This document shows, piece after piece, positions 56,799 through 64,000 of a DNA stretch of 64,000 nt. The stretch is from positions 9,974 to 73,973 of the forward strand of contig CAZAFB010000001.1 in NCBI GenBank assembly GCA_964484505.1. The letters are read 5' to 3'. This DNA is from an uncultured Bdellovibrionales bacterium. Its GTDB lineage: Bacteria; Patescibacteriota; Minisyncoccia; Moranbacterales; GWC2-37-73. Made by a program: the position numbers and the translations under genes. The first letter of the stretch is position 1; each line of letters opens with the position of its first letter. The notes under the pieces are model-generated. The model was given only the letters and a program-made list of their open reading frames with translations, searched no databases and was not told the origin of the DNA.

Positions 56799-56978
56799 AT
56801 GCGAAGGAAATTTGGGATTCTGAAAAAAACCGGCGGTCGTAGCTTTGCGGAATTTGTAAAACGTGTGCAATGTTTGGGAAAACATGGGATTATCCGCGAC
56901 CGTTATTGTGATCGTCACGCGAGACTTTTAGCGGACTTGTTCCGAATGAGGAGACAGCTGCCGGCAATGTTTTGGTAG
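56799..56978 (+). CDS. Hypothetical 59-aa basic protein (below the ORF-track cutoff)
   Basis: AAAGGAG RBS about 6 nt before the ATG. MRRKFGILKKTGGRSFAEFVKRVQCLGKHGIIRDRYCDRHARLLADLFRMRRQLPAMFW. A terminator follows at 57004-57040. Confidence 0.3.
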   Translation: MRRKFGILKKTGGRSFAEFVKRVQCLGKHGIIRDRYCDRHARLLADLFRMRRQLPAMFW

Positions 56979-57003
56979 AGTATATGTTTTAAATGTTTTT
57001 TCA

Positions 57004-57040
57004 TGCGGCTCCAAAGAGAGCTGCTTTTTTTATGGCTGAA
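57004..57040 (+). terminator. Rho-independent terminator
   Basis: gcggctc-caaaga-gagctgc followed by ttttttt. Confidence 0.55.
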
Positions 57041-57146
57041 TAAATGGTAAAATTAACCAAGTAGGACATCAGACGAACACTTGCAGGAGGTCCAACCTCC
57101 ATTATAAGGCGTTTGTGTTTAGTCATAAGTATCCAGAGTAAATCAT

Positions 57147-58304
57147 ATGCGAATCGGCATTGACGCTCGCTTCTTCGGCTCCATTGGCAAAGGGCTAGGG
57201 CGCTACACTCAAAAATTAATCGAGCATTTGGAACGCATTGACCACGAAAACCAATACGTAGTTTTTTTGCGCAAAGAAAACTTTGAGGAATATATTCCTC
57301 AAAACCCCAATTTCCAGAAAGTTTTGGCTGATTACGCCTGGTATACTTTTGCCGAGCAGTGGGGGATGCCGCGACTGCTCAGAAAATATAAACTTGATCT
57401 GGTACATTTTCCGCATTTTAATGTGCCGCTTTTATATTTTGGTCGGTTTGTGATTACCATTCATGACCTGATTTTGTTGCATTTTCCGACCGTACGCGCC
57501 AGCACTTTGGGACCTTTCAAATATTGGTTAAAATTTTTGGCATATCGCTTGGTGATTTTTTCCGCGATCAAGCGCGCCAAGAGCATAATTGCTGTTTCCA
57601 ATTTTACCAAAAGCGACATCTTGGAGCATTATGGGATTTCTTCAAAAAAGGTTGATGTTACATATGAAGCCTGTGAAAAGCAAACAGAAAAACCCTTGAC
57701 GGATGGCAAAAAAATATTGGCAAAATATGGTATAATAAAGCCATACCTGCTATATGTAGGTAACGTGTATCCGCACAAAAATCCAGAGCGGCTTATTCAG
57801 GCTCTGAATCTGCTGAAAGAAAATAATTTAGAACTCAAACTGGTTTTTGTGGGAGGTGATGATTATTTTTACATCAGACTGAAGGAATTTGTGCGAAAAG
57901 CCGGTGCTGACAATGTCTTGTTTGCCGGTTTTGTGCCAGACGAAGATCTGGATGTACTGTTTTCGGAATCTTTGGCATATGCCAGACCCTCTTTATATGA
58001 AGGTTTCGAGTTGCCGCCGCTGGAGGCGATGTCCAAAGGTGTGCCGGTAATTTCATCTTATCATGAATGCGCGTTGGAAATTTTGGGTGACAGTGCGGCA
58101 TATTTCGATCCGGAAAACGTGGAAGACATTGCAAATGTCATAAAAAAAGTTTTTCAGGATGAAAATATGCGGAAGACAATGATTGAAAAAGGCTACAAGT
58201 GTGCCGGAAAATATGATTGGCAAGACATGGCCGAAAAAACGTTGCAAATATATCGAAAAGAAATAAACAAAAAAATTAAAAATGCACAAACAATCCTTCA
58301 ATAA
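57147..58304 (+). CDS. Glycosyltransferase family 1 (GT4)
   Basis: EGFELPPLEAMSKGVPVI. Confidence 0.7.
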   Translation: MRIGIDARFFGSIGKGLGRYTQKLIEHLERIDHENQYVVFLRKENFEEYIPQNPNFQKVLADYAWYTFAEQWGMPRLLRKYKLDLVHFPHFNVPLLYFGRFVITIHDLILLHFPTVRASTLGPFKYWLKFLAYRLVIFSAIKRAKSIIAVSNFTKSDILEHYGISSKKVDVTYEACEKQTEKPLTDGKKILAKYGIIKPYLLYVGNVYPHKNPERLIQALNLLKENNLELKLVFVGGDDYFYIRLKEFVRKAGADNVLFAGFVPDEDLDVLFSESLAYARPSLYEGFELPPLEAMSKGVPVISSYHECALEILGDSAAYFDPENVEDIANVIKKVFQDENMRKTMIEKGYKCAGKYDWQDMAEKTLQIYRKEINKKIKNAQTILQ

Positions 58305-60927
58305 ACACTTTGACGATCATATCAATGGTGAATTCCGTGGGGAAATGCCTTTTAGGCGTTATGCAGAAAATAAAGCGGAAAACAAAGTCGAACCGGTAAA
58401 ACAGGAAATTCCCGCTGAAAAAATAGCAGAGCCTGAATCTCAAACAAAGAACGTATCATATGCCAGTTCTGAAATTCCAATCAGATCTGCGGCCGTGCAG
58501 GTAAATTTGAGAGATCATGAACACAGCATAAAGATCAACAATGATCAAGCGGAGGTGAATGATGAATTTTATCAAGCGATAGACAGGGTTGAACAATCTG
58601 TTCCCAAAAAACAAAAATTGACTGTTCAAGAGCAGTTGGAAAAGATGAGACTTGCTCGCGAAATAGCTATGTCAGTACACAGATATTCCGATACGGAAGC
58701 AAATAAAGGCGAAATAAATAGAAATGACAAAGAGATAAGCGAAAAAAGGAACGAAATGGATGGAAGTAGGGAGATTAAATTGGAAGAAAGATTTTCAGAC
58801 GAATATTTCGATTCGCAGCAGCACCAGTTTTGTGTAGGTGACGAACCTATCAAAAGAAACGAGATTGAATATAAAAAAGAAAACAGCAAACTTTTTGTCG
58901 GTAAAAAGAAAATCTTCAATTGGCCTTGTTTTGCCCTGCCGAGCATTTCTTTGCGTGGCGCCGCATATTCTTTTGCGATACTTGCTCTCTTGATGACTGC
59001 CAGTGTCGGAATTTTTGCTTATGCAAAAAAAGGTTTTAGCATGCAGGGCAGAGTTTTGGGTGTCAGTCAGGAAGGGATGACATCTCTTCAGGGTGCGGCA
59101 GCGGCAGCTTCCAAGCAGGATTTCGAATCATCCATCAAAGAATTCTCCCGGGCGGAACAACAATTTGCCAAGGCTTCCGATGATCTTGATGAGCTAGGTG
59201 TTTTGTTGGTTGATGCTTCCAAATATGTACCGTTATTTTCCAAACTTTCCTCAGGCAAACATTCCATGGAAGCGGCTGAGCATCTTTCCATCGCCGGAAA
59301 GGAAATTGCTCAAGTGATAAGTGTGGTTTCTGAGATCAAAAACCCGATTTCCAATCAGGGTGGTGGTGACATTTCTTTATTGGACGTTTTTCTTGATTCA
59401 AAACCACATGTCGTCAAAGCACATGAAGAATTGATATATGCCAGGGACGCTCTGGAAAATGTAAATGTAGATGATCTTCCTGAAGACAAACGTGACAAGT
59501 TCATATTGCTCAAGAAAGAGCTACCCAACATAATTGCTGCTTGTGATGTATTCGTGGGCAATGCCGATATTTTTGCCGATCTTTTTGGTGCCAATGGACC
59601 ACGCAAATATCTTTTCCTTTTTCAAAACAATAATGAAATGCGGCCGACAGGAGGATTTATCGGTAGCTATGGTCTTTTGGATATTTCCAATGGCAAAATC
59701 CGCAATTTTTTCATTGATGGCATCTTTAATCCCGACGGACAGTTGATAGAAAAAATCGTGCCTCCAAGTCCGATTCAAAAAATGAGTGCGGCTTGGAGCT
59801 TGCATGACAGCAATTGGTGGCCTGATTTCCCGACTTCTGCCAGGGAAGCGATCAAATTTTATGCAAAAACTGGCGGACCTTCAGCTGATGGAGTAATCAC
59901 AATCACGCCGACGGTGATGCAGAAATTTTTGGAAATCACAGGACCGATTGAGATGCTCGAATACGGGGTTACGCTTGATGCTGAAAATTTCATTGAAAAA
60001 ACTCAATATGAAGTCGAGGTGGATTATGACAAGGAAGAAAACAAACCAAAAAAAATTCTTTCGGATTTGGCACCGATTGTTCTTGATAAGCTTCTCGGGT
60101 CGCGTGATCCCAAAACTGTTTCCAAGATGTTTTTGGCGCTTTCCGATGCTTTGGCGCAAAAGCATATTTTGCTATATAGCGATAATAAAAAATTGCAGGA
60201 GTTGATATCCAAGCAAGGATGGTCCGGGGAAGTGCTTGCTTCCGAAAAAGATTATTTGAGCGTCATCAATACCAATATCAATGGCTTTAAGACGGACGGG
60301 GTAGTCGAAGAAACAATCAAGCACAAGGCAGAAATAAGCAGCGATGGAAATATTGTTGACACTGTCACGATAACCAGAAATCACAAGGGAGGCAATTCCG
60401 AATATGAATGGTGGAATAAGGTAAACTGCGATTATTTGCGTGTCTATGTGCCGCTCGGCAGCAAACTTTTGGAAGTGAGCGGTCAGACTCGCGAATTTAC
60501 CAAACCTCCTTTGGACTATGATGCATTGGGATTTAAGCGTGACCCGCTTGTGGTCAAAGAGGAATCTTCCATGTCTATCGATGATCAAACGGGTACGCGA
60601 ACATATGAAGAATCAGGGAAAACCGTATTTGCCAATTGGGCTTATGTAAGTCCGGGGGAAACCGTTTCAGTCACCTATAAATATCTGTTGCCTTTCAAGC
60701 TGTTTCAAGTGACTTCCGGTGGCGCCAGTTATGACTCCTATTCTTTGACGGTACAAAAGCAGTCCGGCAGCATTGGTAGCAATCTACAGTCCGTCTTAGC
60801 TTATCCGCGTGAATTTTCACTTGAATGGGAGGGGCAGCAAGAGACAAAAAAAGAGGGTGGGGAAATATATAATGAAAGAAAATTGGACAGAGACAGATTT
60901 TTCGGATATGTGTTTGGTAAAAAATAG
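58282..60927 (+). CDS. Large membrane-anchored extracytoplasmic protein, DUF4012-like
   Basis: Single TM near residue 210; FQNNNEMRPTGGFIGSYGLLDISNGKI resembles the DUF4012 core. Overlaps the upstream GT4 stop. Confidence 0.5.
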   Translation: MHKQSFNKHFDDHINGEFRGEMPFRRYAENKAENKVEPVKQEIPAEKIAEPESQTKNVSYASSEIPIRSAAVQVNLRDHEHSIKINNDQAEVNDEFYQAIDRVEQSVPKKQKLTVQEQLEKMRLAREIAMSVHRYSDTEANKGEINRNDKEISEKRNEMDGSREIKLEERFSDEYFDSQQHQFCVGDEPIKRNEIEYKKENSKLFVGKKKIFNWPCFALPSISLRGAAYSFAILALLMTASVGIFAYAKKGFSMQGRVLGVSQEGMTSLQGAAAAASKQDFESSIKEFSRAEQQFAKASDDLDELGVLLVDASKYVPLFSKLSSGKHSMEAAEHLSIAGKEIAQVISVVSEIKNPISNQGGGDISLLDVFLDSKPHVVKAHEELIYARDALENVNVDDLPEDKRDKFILLKKELPNIIAACDVFVGNADIFADLFGANGPRKYLFLFQNNNEMRPTGGFIGSYGLLDISNGKIRNFFIDGIFNPDGQLIEKIVPPSPIQKMSAAWSLHDSNWWPDFPTSAREAIKFYAKTGGPSADGVITITPTVMQKFLEITGPIEMLEYGVTLDAENFIEKTQYEVEVDYDKEENKPKKILSDLAPIVLDKLLGSRDPKTVSKMFLALSDALAQKHILLYSDNKKLQELISKQGWSGEVLASEKDYLSVINTNINGFKTDGVVEETIKHKAEISSDGNIVDTVTITRNHKGGNSEYEWWNKVNCDYLRVYVPLGSKLLEVSGQTREFTKPPLDYDALGFKRDPLVVKEESSMSIDDQTGTRTYEESGKTVFANWAYVSPGETVSVTYKYLLPFKLFQVTSGGASYDSYSLTVQKQSGSIGSNLQSVLAYPREFSLEWEGQQETKKEGGEIYNERKLDRDRFFGYVFGKK

Positions 60928-61041
60928 GAGGGCGAACCACTCAGTTACTGCTTGCCATACTGAATCTAATCGTGTATTTTATCCTTTGTGGCATTCGATT
61001 CATTCGAGTGCTCATTGGTAAATTAGAGTCGCCTTATTTAA

Positions 61042-62688
61042 ATGATTAAGAAACTCGTAAAAAACAAATTTTTAAATGAGAAACCGACGCAGTCTGTTGC
61101 GGCGGCAGCTTTCATCATATCCCTTGCCGGAATAGCCAGTCGCATTCTTGGCGTCGTTCGTGATCGAATTTTGGCTGGCCAATTCGGGGCTGGCGATACC
61201 TTGGATGCGTACTATGCAGCTTTTCGAATTCCTGATCTTCTGTATAATCTTTTAATCGCGGGAGCTTTAAGCGCCGCTTTTATTCCGGTTTTTACGGAGA
61301 TGGTTGCCAAGAAGAAGGAAGAACAAGCATGGAAGATGGCTTCCGGCTTGTTGGCGCTTCAGATTTCAGTGATGGCTATATTATCTTTGGTTTGTGTTAT
61401 TTTCGCCCCTTTGCTCTTGAAATTGATATCGCCCGGTTTTTCAGGGGAAAAACTTGAACTGACGGTGATGCTTACCAGGGTAATGTTTCTAAGTCCTTTG
61501 ATTCTTGGAATCAGTGCAATATTCGGCGGAGTGCTGGTTTCATACAAAAAGTTTCTCATGTATTCATTCGCCCCGGTCCTATATAACATCGGCATAATTA
61601 TAGGAACGGTTTTCTTTGTGCCCGTTATTGGTCCCATTGGTCTTGCCTGGGGCGTGGTTTTGGGAGCATTGATGCATGCCTTGATTCAATATCCTTCCAT
61701 AAAGATGTCAGGATTCAAATTCAAATATCCGCTCGGAGAATTGTGGTCGGATAAAGATATAAGAAAGGTCATTAGATTGATGATTCCGCGTACGCTTTCG
61801 GTTGCTGTCACGCAGATCAATTTTTTGGTGATAACAATTTTCGCTTCAATGCTTTCCGCGGGAAGTCTTGCCATTTTTAATTTTGCCAATAACATTCAAA
61901 GTGCTCCCTTGGGGCTTTTTGGAATATCTTTTGCCATAGCTGTTTTTCCGACACTGGGAATTTTGGCTGCAAATGATGACAAAGAAGGTTTCGTCAGGAT
62001 ATTTTCAAAAACAACCAGGCAGATTCTCTTTTTTGTTATTCCTCTTAGCGGAATCATTTTTGTGCTTCGTGCGCAGATCGTGCGTACGGTTTTGGGAAGT
62101 GGAAAATTCGACTGGGAGGATACTATTTTTACTTTCCAAACATTGGGATTTTTGGCGCTCAGTCTTTTTGCTCAATCATTGATTCCTTTGTTTACGAGGG
62201 CTTTCTATTCTATTCAAAATACAAGGACGCCTTTTTACATAGCTTTGGTAAGCGAAGCCGTAAATATTTTGTCTGTAATCTTACTCATAGGCAAAATGGG
62301 TGTTTTCGGTTTGGCGATAGCCTTTTCTTTTTCAAGTTTTGTGAACATGATTTTGCTTGCCGTCTTTTTGCGCAAAGAAATAGGAAGATTGGATGGAAGC
62401 GTTATCGCTTCAAGCGTGAGCAAAATAATGCTAGCGACACTTTTGGGAGGTTTTTTTGCTCAGATTGCTAAATATCTTGTGGGCACAAGAGGGGAACTGG
62501 ATACTTTTGTGGAAGTTTTTACTCAGTTGGTAATAGCGGGGGGAGTTTTCATCGCCGTGTTTGCTTTGGCTAGTTACTATCTCAAGTCGAAAGAATTTTT
62601 CCAATTCACCGAGTCTGTTACGCGCAAGATTTTCAGGGCCAAAAAAGTCATTACTGAGGACACTCACGAAGTTGCCGGCATCTCTTGA
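61042..62688 (+). CDS. murJ: Lipid II flippase MurJ (MviN)
   Basis: 14-TM MOP-superfamily protein; N-terminal AAAFIISLAGIASRILGVVRDRILAGQFGAGDTLDAYYAAFRIPDLLYNL. Confidence 0.8.
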   Translation: MIKKLVKNKFLNEKPTQSVAAAAFIISLAGIASRILGVVRDRILAGQFGAGDTLDAYYAAFRIPDLLYNLLIAGALSAAFIPVFTEMVAKKKEEQAWKMASGLLALQISVMAILSLVCVIFAPLLLKLISPGFSGEKLELTVMLTRVMFLSPLILGISAIFGGVLVSYKKFLMYSFAPVLYNIGIIIGTVFFVPVIGPIGLAWGVVLGALMHALIQYPSIKMSGFKFKYPLGELWSDKDIRKVIRLMIPRTLSVAVTQINFLVITIFASMLSAGSLAIFNFANNIQSAPLGLFGISFAIAVFPTLGILAANDDKEGFVRIFSKTTRQILFFVIPLSGIIFVLRAQIVRTVLGSGKFDWEDTIFTFQTLGFLALSLFAQSLIPLFTRAFYSIQNTRTPFYIALVSEAVNILSVILLIGKMGVFGLAIAFSFSSFVNMILLAVFLRKEIGRLDGSVIASSVSKIMLATLLGGFFAQIAKYLVGTRGELDTFVEVFTQLVIAGGVFIAVFALASYYLKSKEFFQFTESVTRKIFRAKKVITEDTHEVAGIS

Positions 62689-62772
62689 CAAAAAGCTTTG
62701 AGAGTGCTATAATTAACAGTCAGTATCAAAAACCGCGCTTCGGCGCATATCAAAGCATAAAGGGAGGGCTTT

Positions 62773-63222
62773 ATGTTGAAAAAGGTTTTTGTGTTGTTGT
62801 TTGTTTTTTTTGCAGGCTTTGGTAATTTTTGTCTGTTTGCTGCGGAAGGAAAATGGGAAAATACTGTCGAAGGGGTCATAGCTCAAACGGCAGAAGAATT
62901 TTCCAATTTCCGGTGTCCAGCATATGACCAAGACCAAGGGATTGTGCAAGAGGCCTTTGAGCTTGCTTTTGAAAACGGCAAGTTAAGCGAGGAGTGGTTT
63001 AAATCATTTTCGCTTATGGTCTCAGAGGCAAGCGGGGGTGCTGCGAGCGTGATGTTTGTCTCCGGTTCGCCCATACTTGACCTTATGCCCATCCCGTACC
63101 AGGTCTTGGAAATATCAAGGGAGGGTCGCAGCATGACGTTTGTTGTCATGCCAATGCCTTACGTCGGTTGTGAAGCTAAAGCTCCTGCCGCGTACGCTCC
63201 AAAATTTTCCCTTCTTGAATAA
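62773..63222 (+). CDS. Secreted hypothetical protein
   Basis: Signal peptide, then a 130-aa soluble domain. Terminator hairpin 63228-63264 (gccccttggca...tgccaaggggc, then ttttt). Confidence 0.45.
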   Translation: MLKKVFVLLFVFFAGFGNFCLFAAEGKWENTVEGVIAQTAEEFSNFRCPAYDQDQGIVQEAFELAFENGKLSEEWFKSFSLMVSEASGGAASVMFVSGSPILDLMPIPYQVLEISREGRSMTFVVMPMPYVGCEAKAPAAYAPKFSLLE

Positions 63223-63435
63223 CTTACGCCCCTTGGCAGATCCATTGCCAAGGGGCTTTTTCTTGCCCAAATCCGTTTTAGCCTGTACACTGGGCTATGA
63301 AGCTTATGAATCCGGCAGTGAAAATTCGAAAGAAATTACCTGATAAATATTGCTGGTTTAAAATGCGCAATAGTCTAATATTATAAAAAAAGGATAAATT
63401 TAGCTGGCCGATGGCCATTCGAATTTCTACTGCCG

Positions 63436-64000
63436 GATGGATAATCAAAAAAACGTTAGAAATTTTTGTATAATTGCTCACATTGACCACGGGAAGTCAA
63501 CCTTGGCTGACCGTCTTTTGGAAGTGACTGGAACTGTTGAAAAGCGCAAGATGAAAGAGCAGCTTTTGGATTCAATGGATTTGGAGCGCGAGCGGGGCAT
63601 TACGATCAAACTTCAGCCTGCACGTATGAAATATGGAGAATACACTCTCAATTTGATTGATACTCCGGGACATGTGGATTTTGGTTATGAAGTGTCACGT
63701 TCGCTTGCTGCCGTGGAAGGAGCCGTATTGCTTGTTGATGCAACCAAAGGGGTGCAGGCGCAGACTTTGTCCAATTTATATCAAGCTATTGAGCAAGGGT
63801 TGGAAATTATTCCGGTTGTTAACAAGGTTGATTTGCCCAATGCCAATGTGGAAAAAACCAAACAGGAAATCATCCATGTGCTCGGCTGCAAACATGAGGA
63901 AATTTTGGAAGCTTCCGGCAAGACCGGTATCGGCGTACCAAAAATTCTTGAAACTATCGTGGAAAAAGTTCCGGCACCAAGCGGCGATTTGGAAAAACCG
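63436..64000 (+). CDS. lepA: Elongation factor 4 (LepA), N-terminal fragment running off the window
   Basis: [20 protein letters not shown]...[11 protein letters not shown]...DTPGHVDF...NKVDLP GTPase motifs typical of LepA. Confidence 0.8.

Noticed and set aside
58125-58139. GACAT-TGCAA-ATGTC (5-nt spacer) inside the GT4 coding sequence
   Set aside because: It has a different spacer length from the four intergenic 3-nt-spacer sites and lies within a coding sequence (encodes EDIANV). Treated as coincidence.
1-64000. CRISPR arrays, rRNA genes, and transposase or integrase genes
   Set aside because: No regularly spaced direct repeats of 25-40 bp with unique spacers were seen. No ORF showed integrase, transposase or DDE motifs. 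The only spaced repeats are the 39-bp pair (34667 and 36164) and short local tandems.

Overview
This is a low-GC, gene-dense bacterial window. Multiple GT-C/GT39-like glycosyltransferase paralogues, membrane-anchored secreted proteins and weak Shine-Dalgarno signals suggest a small-genome Patescibacteria/CPR-like organism, but that placement is a guess. The backbone genes, from start to end, are: the 3' end of mltG; a porGDAB 2-oxoacid:ferredoxin oxidoreductase operon; a DUF1653 gene; a tRNA locus; a reverse rubrerythrin; a ZIP metal transporter; prfB with its programmed +1 frameshift; ftsEX; an accessory patch around tRNA-Gln (GHKL ATPase, LysM protein, PLD-family protein, rmuC, 3D-domain protein, macro-domain protein); a Cache sensor kinase with a receiver; GT4 glycosyltransferases; a three-gene overlapping membrane-protein operon; a membrane-anchored Clp/Hsp100 ATPase; a secreted-protein operon (SpoIID-like, lipoprotein, coiled-coil protein); a large envelope-glycosylation locus (GT2 polyprenyl-phosphate sugar synthase, ugd, GT4s, flippase-like protein, three GT-C paralogues, pgeF, a beta-helix protein); dnaJ with a CIRCE operator; ADP-forming acetyl-CoA synthetase; a receiver protein with a Zn-ribbon; recJ; a second polysaccharide block (GT4 x3, Wzz-like, DUF4012-like, murJ); and the 5' end of lepA. 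No CRISPR array or rRNA was found. The most unusual items are three. First, an intact tRNA-Thr sits between perfect 14-bp inverted repeats inside a roughly 250-nt split, tRNA-like shell. Second, a palindrome GACAT-N3-ATGTC recurs upstream of porGDAB, downstream of porB, and upstream of the ADP-forming acetyl-CoA synthetase. Third, a roughly 1.5-kb insertion bounded by 39-bp direct repeats duplicates the 3' end of the flippase-like gene and carries an HExxH protein.
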